DNA of 64,000 nt from Eledone cirrhosa (GCA_964016885.1 OZ024741.1:261082001-261146000), one strand, 5' to 3'. Shown: positions 1 to 13,669, counted from the first letter of the stretch. Numbers and translations: made by a program. The notes: generated from the letters alone by a model not told the origin.

Positions 1-3000
1 GTGATTCGACTTACGAGTGTTTTGACTTACGGGTGTTTTGACTTACGGGTGTTGTGAATTACCAGTGTTCCGATTTACGAGTGTTTTGACTTATGAGTGT
101 TTCGACTTTCGAGTGTTCTGACTTACGAGTGTTCTGACTTACGAGTGTTCCGACTTACGAGTGTTTCGGTTTACGAGTGTTTCGACATACGAGTGTTTTG
201 ACTTACGAGTGATTCGACTTACGAGTGTTTTGACTTACGGGTGTTTTGACTTACGGGTGTTGTGAATTACCAGTGTTCCGATTTACGAGTGTTTTGACTT
301 ACGGTGTTTCGGCTTACGAGTGTTTCGACTTACGAGTGTTTCGGCTTACGAGTGTTTCGACTTAATAATGTTTTTACTTACGAGTGTTTCGGTGTACGAA
401 TGTTTTGACTTAAGGATGTTTCGACTTACGAGTGTTTCGATTTACGAGTGTTTCGGCTTACGTGAGTTTCGACTTAAGAGTGTTCTGATTTACGAATGTT
501 CTGACTTGCGGGTGTTCTGATTTACGAGTGTTCCGACTTACGAGTGTTTCGGCTTATGAGTGTTTCGACTTACGAGTGTTTCGGCTTACGAGTGTTTCGA
601 CTTATGGGTGTTTCGACTTACGAGTGTTTTTACTTACGGTGTTTCGGCTTACGAGTGTTTCGACATACGAGTGTTTTGACTTAAGGGTGTTCCGACTTAC
701 GAGTGTTTCGGTTTACGAGTGTTTCGACATACGAGTGTTTTGACTTACGGGTGTTTCGACTTACGGGTGTTTCGACTTACGAGTCTTTCGGCTTACGAGT
801 GTTTTGACATACGAGTGTTTCGACTTACGAGTGTTTCGGCTTAAGAGTGTTTCGACTTACTAATGTTTTTACTTACGAGTGTTTCGGCGTACGAGAGTTT
901 TGACTTACGAGTGTTTCGACTTACGAGTGTTTTGACTTACGAATGTTTTGACTTACGGGTGTTTCGGCTTATGAGTTTTTCGACTTACGAGTCTTTCGGC
1001 TTACGAGTGTTTCGACTTACTAATGTTTTTACTTACGAGTGTTTCGGCGTACGAGTGTTTCGACTTACGAGTGTTTCGACTTACGGGTGTTTTGAATTAC
1101 TGGTGTTTCGGCTTACGAGTGTTTCGACTAACGAGTGTTTTGACTTAAGGGTGTTTCGACTTACGAGTATTTTTGGCTTACGAGTGTTTCGACTTACGAG
1201 TGTTTTGACTTACGAGTGTTCTGATTTACGGATGTTTCGACATACTAGTGTTTCGACTTACGAGTGTTTCGACTTATGAGTGTTTCGACTTACGAGTGTT
1301 TCGGCTTACGAGTGTTTCGACTTACGAGTGTTTTGATTTACGGTGTTTCGGCTTACGAGTGTTTCGACTTACGAGTGTTTTGACTTACGGGTGTTTTGAC
1401 ATACGAGTGTTTCGATACGAGTGTTCTGACTTACGAGTGTTCTGACTTACGAGTGTTTTGACTTACGAGTGTTCTGACTTACAAGTGTTCCGACTTACGA
1501 GTGTTCCGACTTACGAGTGTTTCGGCTTACGAGTGTTTCCGGCTTATGAGTGTTTCGACTTCCGAGTGTTTTGACTTACGGTGTTTCGGCTTACGAGTGA
1601 TTCGACTTACGAGTGTTTTGACTTACGGGTGATTTGACTTACGGGTGTTGTGAATTACGAGTGTTCCGATTTACCAGTGTTTTGACTTACGGTGTTTCGG
1701 CTTACGAGTGATTCGACTTACGAATGTTTTGACTTACGGGTGTTTTGGCTTGCGAGTGTTTCGACTTACGAGTGTTTCGGCTTATGGGTGTTTCGACTTA
1801 CTAATGTTTTTACTTACGAGTGTTTCGGCGTACGAGTGTTTTGACTTACGAGTGTTTCGACTTACGAGTGTTTCGACTTACGAGTGTTTCGGCTTACGTG
1901 AGTTTCGACTTAAGTGTGTTCTGATTTACGAGTGTTCTGACTTGCGGGTGTTCTGATTTACGAGTGTTCCGACTTACGAGTGTATCGGCTTATGAGAGTT
2001 TCGACTTACGAGTGTTTCGGCTTACGAGTGTTTCGACTTATGGGTGTTTCGACTTACGAGTGTTTTTACTTACGGTGTTTCGGCTTACGAGTGTTTCGAC
2101 ATACGAGTGTTTTGACTTACGGGTGTTTCGACTTACGAGTGTTTTGACTTACGAATGTTTTGACTTACGGGTGTTTCGGCTTACGAGTGTTTCGACTTAC
2201 TAATGTTCTTACTTACGAGTGTTTCGGCGTACGAGAGTTTTGACTTACGAGTGTTTCGACTTACGAGTGTTTCGACTTACGAGTGTTTTGACTTACGAAT
2301 GTTTTGACTTACGGGTGTTTCGGCTTACGAGTGTTTCTACTTACGAGTCTTTCGGCTTACGAGTGTTTCGACTTACTAATGTTTTTACTTACGAGTGTTT
2401 CGGCGTACGAGTGTTTCGACTTACGAGTGTTTCGACTTACGGGTGTTTTGACTTACGGGTGTTTCGGCTTACGAGTGTTTTGACTTACGAGTGTTTTGAC
2501 TTAAGGGTGTTTCGACTTACGAGTATTTTTGGCTTATGAGTGTTTCGACTTACGAGTGTTTTGACTTACGAGTGTTCTGATTTACGGATGTTTCGACATA
2601 CGAGTGTTTCGACTTATGAGTGTTTCGACTTACGAGTGTTTCGGCTTATGAGTGTTTCGACTTACGAGTGCTTCGGCTTACGAGTGTTTCGACTTACGAG
2701 TATTTCGGCTTACGAGTGTTTCGACGTACGAATGTTTTGGCTTACGAGTGTTTCGGCTTATGAGTGTTTCGGCTTACGAGTGATTCGACTTACGAGTGTT
2801 TTGACTTACGGGTGTTTTGACTTACGGGTGTTGTGAATTACGAGTGTTCCGATTCACGAGTGTTTTGACTTACGGTGTTTCGGCTTACGAGTGATTCGAC
2901 TTACGAATGTTTTGACTTACGGGTGTTTCGGCTTGCTAGTGTTTCGACTTACGAGTGTTTCGGCTTATGAGTGTTTCGACTTACTACTGTTTTTACTTAC

Positions 3001-3798
3001 GAGTGTTTCGGCGTCCGAGTGTTTTGACTTACGAGTGTTTCGAATTACGAGTGTTTTGACTTACGAATGTTTTGACTTACGGGTGTTTCGGCTTACGAGT
3101 GTTTCGACTTACGAGTGTTTCGGCTTGCGAGTGTTTCGACTTACTAATGTTTTTACTTACGAGTTTTTCGGCGTACGAGTGTTTCGACTTACGAGTGTTT
3201 CGACTTACGGGTGTTTTGACTTAAGGGTGTTTCGACTTACAAGTGTTTCGACTTACGAGTGTTTCGACTTACCAGTGTTCTGACTTACGAGTGTTCTGAT
3301 TTACGGATGTTTCGACATACGAGTGTTTCGACTTACGAGTGTTTCGACTTACGAGTGTTTTGACTTACGGGTGTTTTGACATACGAGTGTTTCGATACGA
3401 GTGTTTCGACTTACGAGTGTTCTGACTTACGAGTGTTCTGACTTACGAGTGTTCTGATTTACGAGTGTTCTGATTTACGAGTGTTCCGACTTACGAGTGT
3501 TTCGGCTTACGAGTGTTTCGACTTACGAGTGTTTCGACTTACGAGTGTTTCGACTTACGAGTGTTCCGACTTACGGGTGTTTCGACTTACGAGTGGTTTG
3601 GCTTACGGTGTTTCGGCTTACGAGTGTTTCGAGTTACGAGTGTTTTGACTTACGCGTGTTTTGACATACGAGTGTTTCGATACGAGTGTTCTGACTTACG
3701 AGTGTTCTGACTTACGAGTGTTCTGACTTACGAGTGTTCCGACTTTACGAGTGTTTCGGCTCACGAGTGTTTCGGCTTACGAGTGTTTCGACTTACGA

Positions 3799-3867
3799 AA
3801 ATAACAAATAGACGCGGTTTCAAATCTCTATGATTTTCAAATTCATTACATTAATCTTTATTTATAC
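3799..3867. repeat. AT-rich 69-bp interspersed spacer, copy 1 (haplotype A)
   Basis: AAATAACAAATAGACGCGGTTTCAAATCTCTATGATTTTCAAATTCATTACATTAATCTTTATTTATAC follows GACTTACGA and precedes the degenerate monomer GTTTCGCTTTACGAG. Confidence 0.95.
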
Positions 3868-6800
3868 GTTTCGCTTTACGAGTGTTTCGACTTACGAGTG
3901 TTTCGACATACGAGTGTTTCGACTTCCGAATGTTTTTGCTTACGGGTGTTTCGACTTACGAAGTTTCGGATACGAGTGTTTCGGCTTACGAGTGTTTCCG
4001 GCTTACGAGTGTTTCGACTTACGAGTGTTTCGACTTTCGAGTGTTTTGACTTACGGTGTTTCGGCTTACAAGTGATTCGACTTACGAGTGTTTTGACTTA
4101 CGGGTGTTCCGACTTACGAGTGTTTCGGTTTACGAGTGCTTCGACATACGAGTGTTTTGACTTACGGGTGTTTCGACTTACGGGTGTTTCGACTTACGAG
4201 TGTTTCGGCTTACGAGAGTTTCGACTTACTAATGTTTTTACTTACGAGTATTTCGGTGTACGAATGTTTTGACATAAGGATGTTTCGACTTACGAGTGTT
4301 TTGACTTACGGTGTTTCGGCTTACGAGTGATTCGACTTACGAGTGTTTCTACTTACGAGTCTTTCGGCTTACGAGTGTTTCGACTTACTAATGTTTTTAC
4401 TTACGAGTGTTTCGGCGTACGAGTGTTTCGACTTACGAGTGTTTCGACTTACGGGTGTTTTGACTTACGGGTGTTTCGGCTTACGAGTGTTTTTGGCTTA
4501 CGAGTGTTTTGACTTACGAGTGTTCTGATTTACGGATGTTTCGACATACGAGTGTTTCGACTTACGAGTGTTTCGACATATGAATGTTTCGACTTACGAG
4601 TGTTTCGGCTTATGAGTGTTTCGACTTACGAGTGCTTCGGCTTACGAGTGTTTCGACTTACGAGTATTTCGGCTTACGAGTGTTTCGACGTACGAATGTT
4701 TTGGCTTACGAGTGTTTCGGCTTATGAGTGTTTCGGCTTACGAGTGTTTCGACTTACGAGTGTTTCGGCTTACGAGTGTTTCAGTGTTTCGGCTTACGTG
4801 TGTTTCGACTTACGAGTGTTTCGACTTACGACTGTTTCGGCTTACGAGTGTTTCGGCTTACGAGTGTTTCGACTTACGAGTGTTTTGACTTACGAGTGTT
4901 TTGACTTACGATTGTTTGGCTTACGAGTGTTCTGACTTACGGGTGTTCTGACTTACGAGTGTTCCGACTTACGAGTGTTTCGGCTTATGAGGGTTTCGAC
5001 TTACGAGTGCTTCGGCTTACGAGTGTTTCGACTTACGAGTGTTTCGGCTTACGAGTGTTTCAACTTACGAGTGTTTCGACTTACGAGTGTTTTGACTTAC
5101 GGTGTTTCGGCTTACGAGTGTTTCGACATACGAGTGTTTTGACGTACGGGTCTTTCGACTTACGGGTCTTTCGACTTAAGAGTGTTTCGACTTACGAGCG
5201 CTTCGACTTACGAGTGTTTCGGCGTATGAGTGTTTTGACTTACGAGTGTTTCGACTTACGAGTGTTTTGACTTACGGTGTTTCTGCTTACGAGTGTTTCG
5301 ACTTACGAGTGTTATGACTTACGGGTGTTTTGACATACGAGTGTTTCAACTTACGAGTGTTTTGACTTACGGGTGTTTTGACATACGAGTGTTTCGATAC
5401 GAGTGTTCTGACTTACGAGTGTTCTGACTTACGAGTGTTCTGACTTACGAGTGTTCTGACTTACGAGTGTTTCGACATACGAGTGTTTTGACTTACGGGT
5501 GTTTCGACTTACGAGTGTTTTGACTTACGAATGTTTTGACTTACGGATGTTTCGGCTTACGAGTGTTTCGACTTACGAGTCTTTCGGCTTACGAGTGTTT
5601 CGACTTACTAATGTTTTTACTTACGAGTGTTTCGGCGTACGAGTGTTTCGACTTCCGAGTGTTTCGACTTACGGGTGTTTTGACTTACGGGTGTTTCGGC
5701 TTACGAGTGTTTTGACTTACGAGTGTTTTGACTTAAGGGTGTTTCGACTTACGAGTATTTTTGGCTTACGAGTGTTTCGACTTACGAGTGTTTTGACTTA
5801 CGAGTGTTCTGATTTACGGATGTTTCGACATACGAGTGTTTCGACTTACGAGTGTTTCGACTTATGAGTGTTTCGACTTACGAGTGTTTCGACTTACGAG
5901 TGTTTCGGGTTATGATTGTTTCGACTTACGAGTGTTTTGACTTACGGTGTTTCAGCTTACGAGTGTTTCGACTTACGAGTGTTTTGACTTACGGGTGTTT
6001 TGACATACGAGTGTTTCGATACGAGTGTTCTGACTTACGAGTGTTCTGACTTACGAGTGTTTTGACTTACGAGTGTTCGGACTTACGAGTGTTCCGACTT
6101 ACGAGTGTTCCGACTTACGAGTGTTTCGGCTTACGAGTGTTTCCGGCTTACGAGTGTTTCGACTTACGAGTGTTTTGACTTACGGTGTTTCGGCTTACGA
6201 GTGATTCGACTTACGAGTGTTTTGACTTACGGGTGTTTTGACTTACGGGTGTTGTGAATTACGAGTGTTCCGATTCACGAGTGTTTTGACTTACGGTGTT
6301 TCGGCTTACGAGTGATTCGACTTACGAATGTTTTGCCTTACGGGTGTTTCGGCTTGGTAGTGTTTCGACTTACGAGTGTTTCGGCTTATGAGTGTTTCGA
6401 CTTACTACTGTTTTTACTTACGAGTGTTTCGGCGTACGAGTGTTGTGACTTACGAGTGTTTCGAATTACGAGTGTTTTGACTTACGAATGTTTTGACTTA
6501 CGGGTGTTTCGGCTTACGAGTGTTTCGACTTACGAGTGTTTCGGCTTGCGAGTGTTTCGACTTACTAATGTTTTTACTTACGAGTTTTTCGGCGTACGAG
6601 TGTTTCGACTTAAGAGTGTTTCGACTTACGAGCGCTTCGACTTACGAGTGTTTCGGCGTATGAGTGTTTTGACTTACGAGTGTTTCGACTTACGAGTGTT
6701 TCGACTTACGAGTGTTTCGAATTACGAGTGTTTCGACTTACGAGTGTTTTGACTTACGGTGTTTCTGCTTACGAGTGTTTCGACTTACGAGTGTTATGAC

Positions 6801-8496
6801 TTACGGGTGTTTTGACATACGAGTGTTTCAACTTACGAGTGTTTTGACTTACGGGTGTTTTGACATACGAGTGTTTCGATACGAGTGTTCTGACTTACGA
6901 GTGTTCTGACTTACGAGTGTTCTGACTTACGAGTGTTTCGACATACGAGTGTTTTGACTTACGGGTGTTTCGACTTACGAGTGTTTTGACTTACGAATGT
7001 TTTGACTTACGGGTGTTTCGGCTTACGAGTGTTTCGACTTACGAGTCTTTCGGCTTACGAGTGTTTCGACTTACTAATGTTTTTACTTACGAGTGTTTCG
7101 GCGTACGAGTGTTTCGACTTCCGAGTGTTTCGACTTACGGGTGTTTTGACTTACGGGTGTTTCGGCTTACGAGTGTTTTGACTTACGAGTGTTTTGACTT
7201 AAGGGTGTTTCGACTTACGAGTATTTTTGGCTTACGAGTGTTTCGACTTACGAGTGTTTTGACTTACGAGTGTTCTGATTTACGGATGTTTCGACATACG
7301 AGTGTTTCGACTTATGAGTGTTTCGACTTACGAGTGTTTCGGCTTATGAGTGTTTCGACTTACGAGTGCTTCGGCTTACGAGTGTTTCGACTTACGAGTA
7401 TTTCGGCTTACGAGTGTTTCGACGTACGAATGTTTTGGCTTACGAGTTTTTCGGCTTATGAGTGTTTCGGCTTACGAGTGATTCGACTTACGAGTGTTTT
7501 GACTTACGGGTGTTTTGACTTACGGGTGTTGTGAATTACGAGTGTTCCGATTCACGAGTGTTTTGACTTACGGTGTTTCGGCTTACGAGTGATTCGACTT
7601 ACGAATGTTTTGACTTACGGGTGTTTCGGCTTGCTAGTGTTTCGACTTACGAGTGTTTCGGCTTATGAGTGTTTCGACTTACTACTGTTTTTACTTACGA
7701 GTGTTTCGGCGTCCGAGTGTTTTGACTTACGAGTGTTTCGAATTACGAGTGTTTTGACTTACGAATGTTTTGACTTACGGGTGTTTCGGCTTACGAGTGT
7801 TTCGACTTACGAGTGTTTCGGCTTGCGAGTGTTTCGACTTACTAATGTTTTTACTTACGAGTTTTTCGGCGTACGAGTGTTTCGACTTACGAGTGTTTCG
7901 ACTTACGGGTGTTTTGACTTAAGGGTGTTTCGACTTACAAGTGTTTCGACTTACGAGTGTTTCGACTTACCAGTGTTCTGACTTACGAGTGTTCTGATTT
8001 ACGGATGTTTCGACATACGAGTGTTTCGACTTACGAGTGTTTCGACTTACGAGTGTTTTGACTTACGGGTGTTTTGACATACGAGTGTTTCGATACGAGT
8101 GTTTCGACTTACGAGTGTTCTGACTTACGAGTGTTCTGACTTACGAGTGTTCTGATTTACGAGTGTTCTGATTTACGAGTGTTCCGACTTACGAGTGTTT
8201 CGGCTTACGAGTGTTTCGGCTTACGAGTGTTTCGACTTACGAGTGTTTCGACTTACGAGTGTTCCGACTTACGGGTGTTTCGACTTACGAGTGGTTTGGC
8301 TTACGGTGTTTCGGCTTACGAGTGTTTCGAGTTACGAGTGTTTTGACTTACGCGTGTTTTGACATACGAGTGTTTCGATACGAGTGTTCTGACTTACGAG
8401 TGTTCTGACTTACGAGTGTTCTGACTTACGAGTGTTCCGACTTTACGAGTGTTTCGGCTCACGAGTGTTTCGGCTTACGAGTGTTTCGACTTACGA

Positions 8497-8565
8497 AAAT
8501 AACAAATAGACGCGGTTTCAAATCTCTATGATTTTCAAATTCATTACATTAATCTTTATTTATAC
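8497..8565. repeat. 69-bp spacer, copy 2 (haplotype A)
   Basis: Same sequence and flanks as copy 1; offset 4698. Confidence 0.95.
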
Positions 8566-11500
8566 GTTTCGCTTTACGAGTGTTTCGACTTACGAGTGTT
8601 TCGACATACGAGTGTTTCGACTTCCGAATGTTTTTGCTTACGGGTGTTTCGACTTACGAAGTTTCGGATACGAGTGTTTCGGCTTACGAGTGTTTCCGGC
8701 TTACGAGTGTTTCGACTTACGAGTGTTTCGACTTTCGAGTGTTTTGACTTACGGTGTTTCGGCTTACAAGTGATTCGACTTACGAGTGTTTTGACTTACG
8801 GGTGTTCCGACTTACGAGTGTTTCGGTTTACGAGTGCTTCGACATACGAGTGTTTTGACTTACGGGTGTTTCGACTTACGGGTGTTTCGACTTACGAGTG
8901 TTTCGGCTTACGAGAGTTTCGACTTACTAATGTTTTTACTTACGAGTATTTCGGTGTACGAATGTTTTGACATAAGGATGTTTCGACTTACGAGTGTTTT
9001 GACTTACGGTGTTTCGGCTTACGAGTGATTCGACTTACGAGTGTTTCTACTTACGAGTCTTTCGGCTTACGAGTGTTTCGACTTACTAATGTTTTTACTT
9101 ACGAGTGTTTCGGCGTACGAGTGTTTCGACTTACGAGTGTTTCGACTTACGGGTGTTTTGACTTACGGGTGTTTCGGCTTACGAGTGTTTTTGGCTTACG
9201 AGTGTTTTGACTTACGAGTGTTCTGATTTACGGATGTTTCGACATACGAGTGTTTCGACTTACGAGTGTTTCGACATATGAATGTTTCGACTTACGAGTG
9301 TTTCGGCTTATGAGTGTTTCGACTTACGAGTGCTTCGGCTTACGAGTGTTTCGACTTACGAGTATTTCGGCTTACGAGTGTTTCGACGTACGAATGTTTT
9401 GGCTTACGAGTGTTTCGGCTTATGAGTGTTTCGGCTTACGAGTGTTTCGACTTACGAGTGTTTCGGCTTACGAGTGTTTCAGTGTTTCGGCTTACGTGTG
9501 TTTCGACTTACGAGTGTTTCGACTTACGACTGTTTCGGCTTACGAGTGTTTCGGCTTACGAGTGTTTCGACTTACGAGTGTTTTGACTTACGAGTGTTTT
9601 GACTTACGATTGTTTGGCTTACGAGTGTTCTGACTTACGGGTGTTCTGACTTACGAGTGTTCCGACTTACGAGTGTTTCGGCTTATGAGGGTTTCGACTT
9701 ACGAGTGCTTCGGCTTACGAGTGTTTCGACTTACGAGTGTTTCGGCTTACGAGTGTTTCAACTTACGAGTGTTTCGACTTACGAGTGTTTTGACTTACGG
9801 TGTTTCGGCTTACGAGTGTTTCGACATACGAGTGTTTTGACGTACGGGTCTTTCGACTTACGGGTCTTTCGACTTAAGAGTGTTTCGACTTACGAGCGCT
9901 TCGACTTACGAGTGTTTCGGCGTATGAGTGTTTTGACTTACGAGTATTTCGACTTACGAGTGTTTTGACTTACGGTGTTTCTGCTTACGAGTGTTTCGAC
10001 TTACGAGTGTTATGACTTACGGGTGTTTTGACATACGAGTGTTTCAACTTACGAGTGTTTTGACTTACGGGTGTTTTGACATACGAGTGTTTCGATACGA
10101 GTGTTCTGACTTACGAGTGTTCTGACTTACGAGTGTTCTGACTTACGAGTGTTCTGACTTACGAGTGTTTCGACATACGAGTGTTTTGACTTACGGGTGT
10201 TTCGACTTACGAGTGTTTTGACTTACGAATGTTTTGACTTACGGATGTTTCGGCTTACGAGTGTTTCGACTTACGAGTCTTTCGGCTTACGAGTGTTTCG
10301 ACTTACTAATGTTTTTACTTACGAGTGTTTCGGCGTACGAGTGTTTCGACTTCCGAGTGTTTCGACTTACGGGTGTTTTGACTTACGGGTGTTTCGGCTT
10401 ACGAGTGTTTTGACTTACGAGTGTTTTGACTTAAGGGTGTTTCGACTTACGAGTATTTTTGGCTTACGAGTGTTTCGACTTACGAGTGTTTTGACTTACG
10501 AGTGTTCTGATTTACGGATGTTTCGACATACGAGTGTTTCGACTTACGAGTGTTTCGACTTATGAGTGTTTCGACTTACGAGTGTTTCGACTTACGAGTG
10601 TTTCGGGTTATGATTGTTTCGACTTACGAGTGTTTTGACTTACGGTGTTTCAGCTTACGAGTGTTTCGACTTACGAGTGTTTTGACTTACGGGTGTTTTG
10701 ACATACGAGTGTTTCGATACGAGTGTTCTGACTTACGAGTGTTCTGACTTACGAGTGTTTTGACTTACGAGTGTTCGGACTTACGAGTGTTCCGACTTAC
10801 GAGTGTTCCGACTTACGAGTGTTTCGGCTTACGAGTGTTTCCGGCTTACGAGTGTTTCGACTTACGAGTGTTTTGACTTACGGTGTTTCGGCTTACGAGT
10901 GATTCGACTTACGAGTGTTTTGACTTACGGGTGTTTTGACTTACGGGTGTTGTGAATTACGAGTGTTCCGATTCACGAGTGTTTTGACTTACGGTGTTTC
11001 GGCTTACGAGTGATTCGACTTACGAATGTTTTGCCTTACGGGTGTTTCGGCTTGGTAGTGTTTCGACTTACGAGTGTTTCGGCTTATGAGTGTTTCGACT
11101 TACTACTGTTTTTACTTACGAGTGTTTCGGCGTACGAGTGTTGTGACTTACGAGTGTTTCGAATTACGAGTGTTTTGACTTACGAATGTTTTGACTTACG
11201 GGTGTTTCGGCTTACGAGTGTTTCGACTTACGAGTGTTTCGGCTTGCGAGTGTTTCGACTTACTAATGTTTTTACTTACGAGTTTTTCGGCGTACGAGTG
11301 TTTCGACTTAAGAGTGTTTCGACTTACGAGCGCTTCGACTTACGAGTGTTTCGGCGTATGAGTGTTTTGACTTACGAGTGTTTCGACTTACGAGTGTTTC
11401 GACTTACGAGTGTTTCGAATTACGAGTGTTTCGACTTACGAGTGTTTTGACTTACGGTGTTTCTGCTTACGAGTGTTTCGACTTACGAGTGTTATGACTT

Positions 11501-13319
11501 ACGGGTGTTTTGACATACGAGTGTTTCAACTTACGAGTGTTTTGACTTACGGGTGTTTTGACATACGAGTGTTTCGATACGAGTGTTCTGACTTACGAGT
11601 GTTCTGACTTACGAGTGTTCTGACTTACGAGTGTTTCGACATACGAGTGTTTTGACTTACGGGTGTTTCGACTTACGAGTGTTTTGACTTACGAATGTTT
11701 TGACTTACGGGTGTTTCGGCTTACGAGTGTTTCGACTTACGAGTCTTTCGGCTTACGAGTGTTTCGACTTACTAATGTTTTTACTTACGAGTGTTTCGGC
11801 GTACGAGTGTTTCGACTTCCGAGTGTTTCGACTTACGGGTGTTTTGACTTACGGGTGTTTCGGCTTACGAGTGTTTTGACTTACGAGTGTTTTGACTTAA
11901 GGGTGTTTCGACTTACGAGTATTTTTGGCTTACGAGTGTTTCGACTTACGAGTGTTTTGACTTACGAGTGTTCTGATTTACGGATGTTTCGACATACGAG
12001 TGTTTCGACTTACGAGTGTTTCGACTTATGAGTGTTTCGACTTACGAGTGTTTCGACTTACGAGTGTTTCGGGTTATGATTGTTTCGACTTAGGAGTGTT
12101 TTGACTTACGGTGTTTCAGCTTACGAGTGTTTCGACTTACGAGTGTTTTGACTTACGGGTGTTTTGACATACGAGTGTTTCGATACGAGTGTTCTGACTT
12201 ACGAGTGTTCTGACTTACGAGTGTTTTGACTTACGAGTGTTTCCGGCTTACGAGTGTTTCGACTTACGAGTGTTTTGACTTACGGTGTTTCGGCTTACGA
12301 GTGATTCGACTTACGAGTGTTTTGACTTACGGGTGTTTTGACTTACGGGTGTTGTGAATTACGAGTGTTCCGATTCACGAGTGTTTTGACTTACGGTGTT
12401 TCGGCTTACGAGTGATTCGACTTACGAATGTTTTGACTTACGGGTGTTTCGGCTTGCTAGTGTTTCGACTTACGAGTGTTTCGGCTTATGAGTGTTTCGA
12501 CTTACTACTGTTTTTACTTACGAGTGTTTCGGCGTACGAGTGTTGTGACTTACGAGTGTTTCAAATTACGAGTGTTTTGACTTACGAATGTTTTGACTTA
12601 CGGGTGTTTCGGCTTACGAGTGTTTCGACTTACGAGTGTTTCGGCTTGCGAGTGTTTCGACTTACTAATGTTTTTACTTACGAGTTTTTCGGCGTACGAG
12701 TGTTTCGACTTACGAGTGTTTCGACTTACGGGTGTTTTGACTTAAGGGTGTTTCGACTTACAAGTGTTTCGACTTACGTGTGTTTCGACTTACCAGTGTT
12801 CTGACTTACGAGTGTTCTGATTTACGGATGTTTCGACATACGAGTGTTTCGACTTACGAGTGTTTCGACTTACGAGTGTTTTGACTTACGGGTGTTTTGA
12901 CATACGAGTGTTTCGATACGAGTGTTTCGACTTACGAGTGTTCTGACTTACGAGTGTTCTGACTTACGAGTGTTCTGATTTACGAGTGTTCTGATTTACG
13001 AGTGTTCCGACTTACGAGTGTTTCGGCTTACGAGTGTTTCGGCTTACGAGTGTTTCGACTTACGAGTGTTTCGACTTACGAGTGTTCCGACTTACGGGTG
13101 TTTCGACTTACGAGTGGTTTGGCTTACGGTGTTTCGGCTTACGAGTGTTTCGAGTTACGAGTGTTTTGACTTACGCGTGTTTTGACATACGAGTGTTTCG
13201 ATACGAGTGTTCTGACTTACGAGTGTTCTGACTTACGAGTGTTCTGACTTACGAGTGTTCCGACTTTACGAGTGTTTCGGCTCACAAGTGTTTCGGCTTA
13301 CGAGTGTTTCGACTTACGA

Positions 13320-13388
13320 AAATAACAAATAGACGCGGTTTCAAATCTCTATGATTTTCAAATTCATTACATTAATCTTTATTTATAC
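13320..13388. repeat. 69-bp spacer, copy 3 (haplotype A)
   Basis: Same core; flanks carry the variants CTCACAAG upstream and GCTTCACG downstream. Confidence 0.95.
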
Positions 13389-13669
13389 GTTTCGCTTCAC
13401 GAGTGTTTCGACTTACGAGTGTTTCGACATACGAGTGTTTCGACTTCCGAATGTTTTTGCTTACGGGTGTTTCGACTTACGAATGTTTCGGATACGAGTG
13501 TTTCGGCTTACGAGTGTTCCGACTTAGGAGTGTTTCGGCTTACGAGTGTTTCCGGCTTACGAGTGTTTCGACTTACGAGTGTTTCGACTTTCGAGTGTTT
13601 TGACTTACGGTGTTTCGGCTTACGAGTGATTCGACTTACGAGTGTTTTGACTTACGGGTGTTCCGACTT

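Larger units (their letters stand above)
2538..12012 (+). repeat. Near-identical tandem duplication, period 4698 bp
   Basis: ORF pairs at constant offset 4698 (2891/7589, 3830/8528, 4552/9250, 6312/11010, 6965/11663). Differences seen at A3521/G8219 and G5248/A9946. Confidence 0.92.

Noticed and set aside
388-420. Resemblance of GGTGTACGAATG / TACGGATG to Candida or Kluyveromyces telomeric repeats (GGTGTACGGAT), and of TTACG to TTAGG
   Set aside because: These are minority substitution variants of the 16-mer. The consensus lacks a G-tract, and inherited multi-kb variant patterns fit recombinational amplification rather than telomerase synthesis.
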